This document shows, in pieces, positions 22,953-36,567 of a stretch of DNA of 64,000 nt (positions are counted from its first letter, which is position 1; each line of letters starts with the position of its first letter). The notes under the pieces are model-generated. The model was given only the letters and a program-made list of their open reading frames with translations, was not told the origin of the DNA and did not search any database. The stretch lies in the NCBI GenBank assembly GCA_051294375.1, contig CM119270.1, positions 19,603,741 to 19,667,740 of the forward strand. The letters run 5' to 3'. The stretch comes from Paraspadella gotoi. Taxonomy: Eukaryota; Animalia; Chaetognatha. A program made the position numbers and the translations under genes.

Positions 22953-24032
22953 CGCTGTCGTCCAGATTCTTCCATCGTCGTTGATCCAGAAAGACGTCGC
23001 CGTCGTTCCACGTTATTTCCCGAGCGGCGTCGGATTGCGATGCCGCCATTGAGCGCCGGCCGACGCCGCCATTGAACGTCGGCCGATGCCGCTATTGAGC
23101 GCCGGGATTCTGCGCACGTTCGTTATGAATGGCGCGACGCCGACCACCGATTTCCGGGCGGCGACAAATCGATGCCGGGTAAAGGGGGTGGGGTGGGTAA
23201 GGGGTGGGTAAGGGGTGGATCGGGGGGTTTGGGGGGTGGGGGTTGGACAAGAGGAATTTGTGGCGCATGAGGTGGATAGGGTTAAGTGAAGTGGACTGGT
23301 TGTGACTGGAGTAATCGAAATAGGAGGTGAGTGAGTCTCTCAAGGAGAGGGTGAGTTAGATTGGTTGAGGAGTGAAGGGGTAAGTACTGGAAGACCCTTA
23401 CGCCGTTAGAAAAGCCAGGAGGTGGGTGAAAGGAGCGAGAGGGTGGGTGAGTGAAAAGGAGAGGGCGGCGAAAAAAAAAGGAGAAATAGGAAAACACACA
23501 ATTTTGGAAGATGTTTATTGGTCGCGAAGAGAAAAAGGTTTTTTTGGGAGGAAAAAAGAATGATTTCTTGTTTAGTTATTTGATGTTTATGACGATGTTG
23601 TTGTTTCTGGGATTTATTGTGTGGTAACTGGTAAGTATGAAAAAGGCTGTGGATATGGAAAGTTGTAGGGTAGGGGAGGGTGAGGGAATGAAAACAAGGA
23701 TGAAAAAAAGAAAATTTATTTGGGAGTGGTAGATCTTAGAAGTGGCACATTTAAAGGATAAGGAAAAGAAACGAAGTCACGTTGTTAAAACTGAAAAAGA
23801 AGAGGAAAATATAAATGGCGATAATGGCAGAAATGATTTTTTATTATTATTATTTTATTTTCATTAAAAAAATATCTGAGTTGAATTTGTGAAACCGAAA
23901 TTTCGGTCAGCGATTTTTGTTTTTTTTTTTTTTTTTTTGCGAAAAACAAGTGAACAGTTACTTTTCGCCTCAGGAGAGATTCTTTCTGAATCGAGAAAAT
24001 ATGAAGATTGATAGAGGGAGAAGAGACAAGAG

Positions 24033-24073
<41 letters not shown>

Positions 24074-24231
24074 TCAAACAGACTGAGAGACAGAGAGACA
24101 AAAAGGCAAACAATAAAAAAGACAGACCGAGGGCGCATAGTGAACCGCCACACAAGAAAAAAAGGGTAAGCTCCGTGAAAATGGAGGAGAGAGAAATAAA
24201 GTATTAGATGGGAAACGACTTCCAGTGGGGC

Positions 24232-24343
<112 letters not shown>

Positions 24344-25885
24344 TTGCTTCTTTCACCTCAATCAGCCTTCGTTCGCCCTTCCCTATTTCTCTTTTCCTCC
24401 TACGAGTGACATCAAGTTGACGCGTAAAACAAAAACAAAGATGGCGCGAACCATTTCTCGGAAATGCTCTCTTTTTTCTCGGAAATGCTCTTTTTCTCTT
24501 TTGCTTAAGTTCCGAGGAACTCAACTTGGTTTTCTTCTTCGAACCGCGGGTGGTGGGAGAGGATTGAAGGTGGGCGTGGCAACGACGACGACAAGACGCC
24601 CCGCCCTCTGACGTCAGAGCGGCCTGGTTTTGTCGGGAGCGATTCAGTCATCGGGTCGAGGCGTCCCATTCAACGCCGCGTCTCGCTTTGTCCAGGGACT
24701 CGGCGTCGTCTCCCGTTCCGTGAAAATAGTCGTTAAGAGGGAGAAGTTTAATACCTGCGTCGTTTTCGTCGTTTTCGTCGTTATCGTCGTCGTCGTCGTC
24801 GTCGTCGTCTTCTCGGCTGTCATCGACGTCTTCATTGTTGTCGTTGTTATCCTATTTTCTATTGACGCGTCCCGGATGCGAAATTCTCACGAGAAAATTG
24901 GAAATACAAAAAGACTTTTTTTAAAGTTTACATGGACTTTTTTTAAAGTTATTTTTATTTAATAAGGAATAAAAAAAAACGTAGTAAAACAACAATTCAA
25001 ATTTCCCAATGTTCAATTAAACAGTATTCCGTTTAAATTATTTTTTTTTAAATTTTATTTTCTATCTCTCCGCCTTTTTAGTTTCAAAACAATTTCCAAA
25101 AAAAAATAAAAAAATAAATAAATAAAATGAATTTCAATCAAGAATCTGTCGATGCCTTTTTTTTTTTTTTGAACAACCACGCGGGAAAAAAAAAGTAATT
25201 TAATTAATTTAATTTATTTATTTACTCATTTATTTAATTAAACATTTATCCTCGAAAGAGAGAAAAAGTGGGGACAGCCCGAGTTTTCTCTCCCCCTCTC
25301 CTTCCCGCTCTTCGTCTTTTGCGACATCTGGCGTGTTTACGTCGTTGAGGAAATTTCCTTCTTGTTTATATGTCATACGACGTCGACGGGGAAAAGGGGC
25401 GGGGAATGAGGATAGGGATTGGATGGGGATCGAGTGGGGATTGCGTGGGGATTGCATCGGGAAAGTCGTGGAATGTGTAGGTCGCGAGTGAGAACAGCAC
25501 CTACCGGTTGGTTTAACGATTACAAAGTATCAAGCCGAGTGAGAAAGGAGCAAGAAATTGTGAGTAAATTTGTAAATTTGTAAATTTGTAAATTTGTAAA
25601 ATTGTAAATTTGTAAATTTGTTTACAAGGATATTCAACATTAATATTATTACTATTATTGCGATTCCACTTAAATTACAACATCAAGTCACAGTCGGATC
25701 TTAATATAAATTTCCGCGTATCCTCTGACGACAGCGCCGCCGCTGCCGCTGCTGCTGCCGCCGCTGCTGCCGACGCCGTCGAGGGTTCTACCCTAAAAAT
25801 AAAAACCGGTTTCCGCTTCTGACTAATTTATGCCGTTTCCATCGAAGAGAAACGCCACTCCTACCGCCAACAATGCCTGGAAATG

Positions 25886-25956
<71 letters not shown>

Positions 25957-26444
25957 GTATAGGCAGTAGTCTCTCCGGGCCATAAGTGGATGGGAACAGA
26001 AGTCCATTGGGAGAAAGGAAGGTGACTGAAAATGGTAAAGGATGACAGTTCACTGAAATACTGGATTCACAGAAACTCACAGCTTCTTTCTTCTTCATTT
26101 TGGTTTTTTCATCGTCGCTTTTTCTGTGAAGAGAATGAAATCACGTGGAAACAGATGTGAATAGAATGAGCTCAACAGATTTTCTGCTAAGACTCAACAG
26201 TATAGAGTTAACAAAGAGAAAAAAGAAAGAAAAGAAAGGAAAAGATAACAAGTCTTTCGCAAGGTTTCCTTTCTTTCTTACTTATATTATTTCTCTTTAC
26301 ATTCTCTCTTATGGTGGCTTTTGAGAAATGAGTAGATGTGAAAAAAAATCCTTGCAGAAAATTGTGTAAGAAGAGAAGTTCACTGCCGTCCTCGATTCAC
26401 AGGAACTCGTCAATTTTCACATTTTCTCTCCGCCCCCCCCTGCT

Positions 26445-26508
<64 letters not shown>

Positions 26509-27459
26509 TCTCTCTCTTCTCTTTCTCTCTCTCTCTCTCTCTGATGGGTGATAAGCAAGAAGCGTCGTTCGACGAGCGGTGATGATAATGGGAATTAGTT
26601 CACGACAACGAAGTGAATCGCGAAGGGGAAACTCCTCTTTTGTGAGAGGGAGAGTGAGACAAGTGAGGAAAGGGTGATTGGTGAGGCAAAGAGGGGGGGA
26701 AGGGTGGATAATGGAGAGTCAGTGATGATTCAATGAAATATGCATTTGATAATAAAATGAGGAATTGGGGGAATTTGGAGAGAAAAAGTTAGGAACTATT
26801 TTCTTAAAGCGCCTGATTTCTGTTCCTCAATTTCCTGACTTAATTTTAAAATTTTTAACGTTATTAATAGGTAATCCTAATCTTATATTAAATATTTGAC
26901 AATTGATATAATTCTTAACCTTATCTTCAACCACCAAACCCTATTTCCTAACCTCATTTCTTAACTGATTACTTAATCTTTATTTCTAACCTATTCCTTA
27001 ATTCTTTATTCCTTAATATTTATTTCTAACCTATTTCTTAATTCTATATTCTTTAATCTTTATTTCTAACCTATTCCTTAATTCTTTATTCCTTAATTTT
27101 TATTTCAAACTTATTCCTTAATTCTTTATTCCTTAATCTTTATTCCTTAACCCTTAACCTAATTTTCAAACCTTCAAACCAGTACCCAATTTTGAAATTA
27201 ATCCGGAATGGGACAAAGTTAAAGTTAAAGTCAAAATATTTTTGGTCGTGATATCGTCGTCCTCGTTGTCTTTGTCGTCGTCGTCGTCATCGTCGTCAAC
27301 GCCGTCGTCGTCGTCGTCGTCGTCGATAACATCATCTGGGTTTTAATTTTACGCCGCCTGAAAAAAAAAAGTCACCTGAAAGCGGATTTGACCGAATGGA
27401 ATTGAAAAGAATCAGAAAGGTGATTGAGGTTTGATCACCCACCGGTAGAACAGGATCAA

Positions 27460-27542
<83 letters not shown>

Positions 27543-28154
27543 CTCCGAGGACGGGGACGGAAGATCTCATGTGGCGACGACCGAAATTCGTACGAAGAGA
27601 AGGACCGATGGACAGATGGACTTACAGAAAGAAACAATTGCCGTGAAATTTAAATAAGAATAGCTATTATCAATGTAAAACGGATAGACTGACAGAGAAA
27701 AAAAAATAAGCAGAACCAAAAAAAATAAACGGACAGACGGAAGGCAGACAGACGGACAGACAGACGGACGGCCAATCAGTAGAGGAAGAACAACTTGAGA
27801 CTGGTTGCGAAGAAGTCTCATTTTTGTATAAATGCAGTGCATATTATGCACACAAGAAATTTATTGCGGCGCCACATCCTGAAAGTGCCAGTTCTTGTTT
27901 AACGATTTGAGATTGGACCGGGTAAAACAAACGGACATACTGATAACAAACCGACTACACGTGGCCTTTATATCTAAGCCGGCGAGAAGCGTGAATCAGT
28001 GTGAAGTGGTGTGAGGTTGTGTGAGGTGATGAGAATCGGTGTGAGTCTGCTAACGATGTGATTAAAGGCTCTTGGAGGGGATTGAATGTTGAACCCCGCG
28101 GACGCCAGAGATGTTGAGGTTAGAGTAAGAGAGAGAGATGGGAGAGAGAGAGGG

Positions 28155-28190
<36 letters not shown>

Positions 28191-28288
28191 CAAAGCGCTG
28201 AATTCGGCAGAAAAAAAGAGCCATCGTTGAAGAGAAGCAGACAAATTTGACAAGAGGGGAATTGAAACAATGGTGATGACAGCTGATA

Positions 28289-28289
<1 letters not shown>

Positions 28290-28374
<85 letters not shown>
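28290..28374 (+). repeat. (AAAG)n microsatellite
   Basis: Direct reading; a similar array lies at 22262-22360. Confidence 0.95.
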
Positions 28375-28375
<1 letters not shown>

Positions 28376-29048
28376 CAAGCAAAATAAAGAAAGAAAAGAG
28401 AGGAAAGAGAGAAGTCAACACAAGACACATTTAGGGGTTTACGTTGAGCACCTGATGCGGCAGCTGTGGCACTCGAAATTCTTCTATTGTGGCAGCAGCA
28501 GCGTAGCTCTTTCGGCAGCGGCCGCCGCTGCCGTAGCAGCAGTCGCCCGTTCGGCAGCAGATTTCCTTTTCCATTATCCTTCGCTTTTCTTTTCGCGTCC
28601 ATCAAAAATTCTCGGCGGAGATTCGAGATAAAAATGAAGGAGGACAAGAAAAGAAATTAGAAGGAAAGGAAGGAAGAAATAGAGAAAAGAAAAAAAAATT
28701 AAGAAATGAGAGAAGAAAAGAAATTATAAGGAGCAAAAGAAGGAAGAAATGGAGGAAAGAAAAGAAATTAGGAAAAGAGAGGAGAAGAAAAGAAATTAGG
28801 AAAATAGAGGAGAAGATGATGACAAAAATTGAAATAGAGGAAATGAAAAGAAATTCTGACGAATAGATACGTAACTAAATAAAGATAATTAAAAAAAAGT
28901 AATTAGTTTGAGAGAAGGAAAAAATACTTGGAAAATTGAAGAAAAGAAATAAATTCATATGAAATCTAAGGAAAAGAAATAGAAAAAGACAATTGTATTC
29001 CATTGAAATGGAAGAGAGAGAGAGAGAGAGAGACGAGAGAGAGAGAGA

Positions 29049-29086
<38 letters not shown>

Positions 29087-29374
29087 TCAGATTCGAAGAG
29101 AAAAAAAGGTGAGTGAAGCGAAGTCTGTTAAGCGTCACGTGTTCTGTCAACTTTCTCACCTTTTTTTTTCTTTCAAGCTTTGCTACTAGATTCTTCCTTA
29201 CCATTTTGACTTCACTTAAATTCTGTTATATTCCGGTTTTAATAATTCTGATATTCTTACGTTTAGTAGATAATTGGTCAATTATTAAGTTTGTCTGTAA
29301 TATTTTTATGTATTTTCTCGCTTTTATTTTTTTTCTTTTAGAACTTTTCATCTCACCTATCAATCTTCCCTAAG

Positions 29375-29504
<130 letters not shown>

Positions 29505-29647
29505 TTTGTTTTTTCCCATCTTCGCTCAGTTTTATTTCTTTCCCTACCCTTTTTTCCAAGAAAGGTCGGGTCTTCCTGCGGCGAAAAGGTCCTTTTTTTT
29601 CTGCCATCTCCTCTCGCATTGTTTTCCCCGCAGTTGATTTATGACGT

Positions 29648-30181
29648 TTTTTAAGTTGCGCCGCGAGTACTCGCGGACCAACTCAATAATTCATTTTTCG
29701 ATCGGTCGGTCGATCGATCGTTCAGTGTGTTTTTCAGTCTCTCTGTTCATCAATCTGACCTATTTAGGTTAAACTCGGGTAATACTTCATCAATTGAGTT
29801 TTTATTTAGTAATTATGTATTATGATTGTTAACTCACGTGATTACATTAAAAAGCAATCACATAACTCAAAATATAATGTGGCATAAACTGGCTGCTATA
29901 TTGTTAATTTTTCTGTTAGCGCTTAATTTCGTTTTTAAAAAAAATCATAGGAATTATTTTTTTTTTTATTCATTGTGATTGAGGTTAGAATCAAGGGAAA
30001 GAAAATTGTTTTAACAATAATTTTTTTTTTTTTAAACAGGTTTTGACTATGTTTATAGCCTGATAAAATATAAAAGATATATAAAGATCGAATTCTTACA
30101 TAAAGCGTATCACGCTAGTTACGTAATCACAGGTGAAAGAAAGTCACTGCGGCGCAACACATTGGAAGAACCCTTCTTGTT
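29648..30181 (+). mobile_element. Non-autonomous Helentron-associated element (HINE/DINE-1-like), ~530 bp
   Basis: T-run, then AGTTGCGCCGC (29654-29664) and its inverted partner GCGGCGCAAC (30149-30158), i.e. asymmetric subterminal IRs. 5' palindrome CCGCGAGTACTCGCGG, an internal (GGTC/GATC) microsatellite, and an end CTTGTT running into a T-run. Confidence 0.6.
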
Positions 30182-30641
30182 TTTTCTATTTTTCAGCTAA
30201 AGGGACTCCTGTTTTGTTTCGTCTTTTGTTTCCCTCATCTTCTCTTTTGTTTTTCATTCGTTTTTCATCGCTCATTTTCGCTTTTCCTTTCGTTTCCTTC
30301 AGACCCAAAAGTTGTATTGCTCCTTTCTTTGTTTCCTCGAATGGAGGACCGACTAGGAGGACGGCTTTCCCGGGCCTCAACTGTGTGGCGTTGTGACTTC
30401 ATGGCGTTTCCATGGCATTATCCGTGTGGTATAGTAGCAATTATCATTGTGGCATTGTGGCATACTTCAAACGCGCTCAGTCCGGAGTCATTTTAATTGA
30501 TGGTCGCTGTTACAATACCAACTTAAATAGAATAGAATCGACCTTTTATTTGTCATCGTTTTTAAATATTATTGTTAATACTTTTCTTGAACTTTACTTT
30601 TCATTCATTTTAGTTTTTCTGCCTTTTCTCTTTCCTATCTA

Positions 30642-32422
30642 TGAAATTGGTACAACCAATATAAAAATTATCCATTCATTTAATAAATAAGCTATCTTGT
30701 CCCTGACTTTGGACAGGCTTTGGTGGTTTATGTTATTACTTTTTTTTCCTATTTTTTTCTCTTCTTTCCATCTTTTTAATTTTTTCCCCCTTTTCCTTTT
30801 ATTTTCTTTTCCTTTTCTCTGCTTTTCTTTTTTCCGCTTCCTCCCTTTTTTCTTTCCTTTCCTCTAATTTTCCACTTCCTCCCTTTTCCTCTTTCGTTCC
30901 TTTCTTTTCCTCTTCCTTCTCTTCTCCTCTTTCTCTCCTTTTCCTTTCTTTCTTTTCTCTTTTCCACTTCCTTCCATTTTCCTTATTTTCCTCTTCTTCC
31001 TTTCTTTTCCTCCCTTTTCTTTTCTTTCATTCCTTTCCTTCTCTTTTCATCTTTATCCTCTTTTCTTTTCCTCCTCTTTCCCTTTTCCTCCCTTTTCCTC
31101 CCTTTTCCTCTTCCTCCCTTTTTTCGAGGTCGCCTTCCTCGTCATCAGAATTCCTTGACGCTTTTTCGAGGTCAAACGTCGAAGCGAAAAAAAAAGAAAA
31201 TTCGCTCTGGCGGCGACGAGGGGTCCGTCAGCCTTCTCGGTCTTTTCGCGGGCCAATAGGGGTGATTGAGGGGGGGGGGTGTTGTGCCGTGCCGCTTGGG
31301 CTCCCGAAGGAGTGGAACGGCACGGGTCGTTTCGAGTGCTGTCTGAATGGATAATTGAAGATGTTGGATGGGATTCCAGAAATATGGGATATTAAAAGGA
31401 AATTGGAAAGTTGCTTCGTGTCAAAACAAAATATTGAAGAATTAATTTGGATGAATTTTTCGGGGAGGAAAGTTGGAGCTGTAGTGAAAAAGACGAGGGT
31501 GATGTAGTTGTTGCGATTCACGGAGAAATTAATGTTGATCAATCTCAGTGTGTGGTGGTGTGATTGTGAGTCGAATTTAAAGGATTGAACGACATAAAAA
31601 TTTGTGAATGAAATGGTGACTCTCCAACAGTGTCATTAACTATACTACTATACTATTGTTGTAAAAAGTCTTTTTAGGTAACCTTCTATTTTCGGAAAAA
31701 AACACTAACTTCCCTCTCCCCTTCAAAAATTTACTATTTAATAAAAGTATATATCTAAACATATTTAATTAAAAATATTTTAAATAGCTATATTTTATTA
31801 CACAAATAAAATTATAAATCTAAAAAAAATAATATTAATAACTTTCGTAACGTGATGAAATTAAATAACCTGGGTGGAGGTAAGTTTAAGGTAAGTTAAC
31901 GGAACGCGACTGATGAGTGAGAAAATGAGCAATGAGGAAGAGGAGGAGGAGGAGGAGGAGGAGGAAGAGAAGAAGGAAGAAAAAGAAGAAAAGGGCGGAG
32001 GAAGGCGGAGATCGGTCCTGACCCTGAGGTGAGTTTCGTCTCCAAGATCGAATATTCAGACTCGATTCGAAGGGAAGGGAAAATGAAGGTGAGGCGAAGG
32101 GGAAGGAGAGAAAAGGTAAGGTTAAGTGATGAAGAGACGACGCAGTAGAACCGATATCGATCGCGAAAATGAAGGTGAGGCGAAAGGGAAGGAGAGAAAA
32201 GGTAAGGTTAAGTGATGAAGAGACGACGCAGTAGACCTGTTATCGATCGCGAAAATCCGCGAAATTAAAAGGGGAGGAGTTTTTTTGTAGGACTGACTTT
32301 TGGTAATACTAGTACTTTTATACTATTGAAGGGGGTTAGGGGTTTAGGACTTTATACCACTTACCACTTACAAGCGAGGTACTCTGGGAGTGAATAAAAT
32401 AGACTGAGAGAGAGTCTTTATT

Positions 32423-32466
<44 letters not shown>

Positions 32467-32624
32467 GAGAGAGAGAGACTTTATTGAAAGCTTGCAAGTT
32501 CCTTCTATGTTATCATCTTTAACCTTAAACCACCAAAGCCAGGCGTAGCCTGTCCAAAGTCAGGGGCAAGATAGCTAATTAATTAAATGAATGGATAATA
32601 TTTATGTAGGTTGTACCAATTTCA
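30642..32624. repeat. Inverted repeat pair (30642-30730 and 32526-32624)
   Basis: TGAAATTGGTACAACC...TTGGTGGTTTA matches the reverse complement of the second copy, apart from a few substitutions and a 10-bp indel. Confidence 0.85.
32080..32255 (+). repeat. Tandem duplication, 86-bp unit x2
   Basis: AAAATGAAGGTGAGGCG...ATCGATCGCG starts at 32080 and again at 32166. Confidence 0.9.
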
Positions 32625-33154
32625 CAAAATGCTGTCATCGATTTGCGACGGCGTTGAATGATTGCACACTTGCACCCTGATGACTGCATCTCGTTTCTTG
32701 ATGATCGCATCGAAGAACGACGAGGTTATGAAAGGCTGATTAAGATCCAGGGGCCGAAAGAAGGAAAGAGCCGAGTCGTTAGCTTTTATATTAGTATTAC
32801 TGTATTAGTAATGAAGTGAATTAATGACAAATTAATGTCTCTACGAATCTTACTGCGGATGCTGCGGCGAAAGCTGCAGCTGTAACTTGATACATGCTTA
32901 TATACTTATATACATTAATATATATATACATACATACATAAATAGAAATCAACTGATGAAAATTATTGTGGATTGAAGGCATTCAAAATATAAATGTTTT
33001 TTGTAATTTATGAACCACGTACATTAAAAACCTTAACAAAATAAAATTTTTACGTTTCTGATAAGAGATCAGAGAAAACTTACAAATACATGTATGTGCA
33101 TGCGCCGAAAGGAAGGAAAGAGGTGAATTGAAAGTGCAGAAAAGAGAGAGAGAG

Positions 33155-33222
<68 letters not shown>

Positions 33223-34517
33223 GAGAGGGGTGTACGCATAAAAGAAACGGAATTCTCTTCGTCGCAGTGGAAATCGGATCATGAAAATGGCTCCACTGTG
33301 TTTTTGTTTATCATTTCTCTCTGCTCTTCTTTCTCTCTCTCTCTCTCTCTCATCTCTCTCATCGTGCTCGCTCTCTCCGTCTCTATTCTCTCTCTCTCCT
33401 CTCTCGTCTCTTTTCTCTCTCGTCTCTCTCTCTCTCTCTCTCTTTCCCTCTGCGGGCCACGAGAGAGAAGAAACAAAGGAACAAGAGTCTTCCTCCAACG
33501 AGTCGAGACCAAGAAATAAAAAGAAAACAAGAGAAAAAAAGATCACAAAAATGTGATTTAGAAAAAAAGGGAAAAAATAGAAACGCGAGAAAAAGGAGGA
33601 AAAGAAAAAAGAAAAGAAAAAAGTGAATAAAACAAGAAAACAGAAGAAAAGAAATAAGAAAAGTTTAGAAGAAAAGAAAAGAAGAGAAAAGAGAAAAGAA
33701 ATTAAGAAAACAAAGATAAGAAAAAAAAAGGAACAAAAAATAATGAAGTAGAAAGTAAAAAAAGAATAAAGAAATGAAAAAAAGAAGTCATCGTTTTTAT
33801 GTCTCAAAATCTTTACATATTTTTTGCAATTCATTCATTTATATAATTATTGAATATTTTCTTTCTTGAATGATTACGTATAAACAATTTTTTGCGTCAT
33901 TAGTCATACGTAAAAAAATTGTCTTTTGTTTTCAGATTATGATAATTATTTTCATGTAGTACCTTAAATTTTTAGTTTTTAAAATTATTTAATTCAAAAA
34001 ATTAGCCACGGTATATTAAACTTACTACAGACTGTGCTTTTCTTATTAATTTAAGATCACATCTTTGCATCTGAAAAAATCAGTTTAAAAAACAACGACG
34101 ATGAAAGCGACGATCTTCGACGACGACGACGACGACGACGACGACNNNNNNNNNNNNNNNNNNNNNNNNNNNNNNNNNNNNNNNNNNNNNNNNNNNNNNN
34201 NNNNNNNNNNNNNNNNNNNNNNNNNNNNNNNNNNNNNNNNNNNNNNNNNNNNNNNNNNNNNNNNNNNNNNNNNAGACATATGAGAGCCTAAGGGAGGGAG
34301 AAATTCAGAGAGAGAAAGAGAGAGAGCAGCCGACAATAACCTTGATGACGCTGAGGTCAGCATCTTGGAAAGAATAAAGCAAGAGTTAGGGTTCTTATTC
34401 ATTCGGGGTCTCTCTCTCTCTGTCTCTCTCTGTTTTTATGTGTGTTTGTGGGTCTCTCTCTCCTTCTCTATCTTTCTCCCTATCTGAATTTATTTCTGTC
34501 TCTTTATGTATGTGTAT

Positions 34518-34627
<110 letters not shown>

Positions 34628-35029
34628 ATTGATCTTTAACCGTCATAAAGCAATACGTTTTTCTTTAAGTTCAACGGTAAACTTAACAAAAGTCGTACCA
34701 AAAATTTTCAAATAATTAAATTTATGCTTTAAAAAACGAACCCGCCGCCTTGCGTTAAAAAAAAACAAACAAAAAAAAGTAAACAAAAAACAGTTGAGCA
34801 TCGGATTTTCCTCCGCTTTTTCCTCTTTTCAATTCATTCACTTCTTTTCTCTCTTTTTTGTTTTATGTTTTTCCATCTCATATTTTCTAATGGTTTCCAA
34901 CATTTTTTTTGCTGTTGTGTCNNNNNNNNNNNNNNNNNNNNNNNNNNNNNNNNNNNNNNNNNNNNNNNNNNNNNNNNNNNNNNNNNNNNNNNNNNNNNNN
35001 NNNNNNNNNNNNNNNNNNNNNNNNNNNNN

Positions 35030-35623
35030 TCACGGCTCACGGGTCTCATGTGCGCATCTCTCACTCTTCTGTCCTCCTTATTCAAGATCATCGCCACTAT
35101 TTACGCGGAGGGAGAGGCGCCATTTTATGGTTGTTCTTTTCTTTCTCTCGCCTCGACGTCCCAGACGGTTCTGTTTCCACTGAAAATATGAATTATAAGG
35201 CGCGAAAATGGGAACCAACCCCCCCAAAAAATACTGTTCGTAACTGTTCATAACTTTCTTTTTCTGAACGAACATGACCCATTGAAACGGAGAGCATTGT
35301 AAAAAATACTGGGTACTATTTTCCCAAAGAGCCCCTTTTAGATAACTAATTCATAAACATAATTTTAATTTAACTTTATTGATTTTGACTTAATTTTAGC
35401 TCTAATTTAAATCTAAAAACAAAGTTAATTCTGATTTTAAATCGATATGGGGGGCTTTCGTAAAAGAGAGCCGTCTGTTGCAATTTTCAGTCACCATTTT
35501 TCGTTTTCTAAGTAAAAAGTCGCTAAACGAGAAAACCATTTTCCGTTGATGCAAAAAGTTGCAGGTGAAGGAAATGAGGGATGCAATAGTCCAAGCGGAA
35601 ACCTGACTCTGCGGTTATTGAGG

Positions 35624-35658
<35 letters not shown>

Positions 35659-36306
35659 ACGGCTCACGGGTCTCATGTGCGCATCTCTCACTCTTCTGTC
35701 CTCCTTATTCAAGTCATCGCCACTATTACGAGCGGAGGGAGACGGACCGCCATTTTATGGTATTGTTCTTTCTTTGCTCTCGCCTCGACCTCCCGAGACG
35801 GTTTGTTTCCACTGAAAATATGAATTAATAAGGCGCGAAATGGGAACCAACCCCCCAAAAAATTAACTTGGTTTTCGAACTGTTCATGAACTTTTCTTTT
35901 CTGAACGAAACAATGACCATATGAAACGGAGAGGCATTGTTAAAAATACTGGGTACTATTTTCCCCAAAAGAGCCCGCTTTTAGATAACTAATTCCAATA
36001 AACATAATTGTTATGATTTATTAACTTTAGTTTGGATTTTGGACTTATCTTTAGCTTAATTTAAATCTAAAACAAAAATTACATCTGATTTATAAATCGA
36101 TATGAGGGGGCTTTCGTTAAGAGAGGCCCGTCGTGTTAGCAATTTTCTAGTCACCATTTTGATCGTGTCTTCTATAAGTAAAAAGTCGTCCTAAACGAGA
36201 AAACCATTTTGCGTTGAGCAAAAAGTTGCAAGGTGAAGGAAATGAGGGATGCAATAGTCCCAAGCGGAAACCTGATCTCTGGGTTATGAGGAATCTCTCT
36301 CTCTCT
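35030..36306 (+). repeat. Tandem ~630-bp duplication
   Basis: CACGGCTCACGGGTCTCATG begins at 35031 and 35658. The second copy carries many small insertions. Confidence 0.9.
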
Positions 36307-36425
36307 TGTCAAGAGAATGGGAGTGCAGTCGATCATCTACTCTACTCGGAGAGGCGGGAGTCCTCAATTCTTCTCACAATCCCAGCATCTAAGCTTATCT
36401 TTTGCCCCATACTCTCTCTCTACAG

Positions 36426-36512
36426 CAGGCCGAGTCAGAATCTGGGGCCAGGCGTCACCGCTGCTGTCGTCGAGGATACGTTACCGTCTCTGGGTCCGGA
36501 ATAAGAAGAGAG
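36426..36512 (+). CDS. Candidate internal exon (87 nt)
   Basis: ctctctctctacag acceptor and GAG|GTACGC donor. Two frames are open, including phase 1-1 GRVRIWGQASPLLSSRIRYRLWVRNKKR. Confidence 0.25.
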
Positions 36513-36567
36513 GTACGCGTCTCTGATACTTCTGTTTCTACANNNNNNNNNNNNNNNNNNNNNNNNN

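Noticed and set aside
22956-23178. Exon resembling the carboxypeptidase VP..NPDG and WRK segments
   Set aside because: The frame is closed by stops within the 22-bp repeats and the similarity is too weak to separate from chance.
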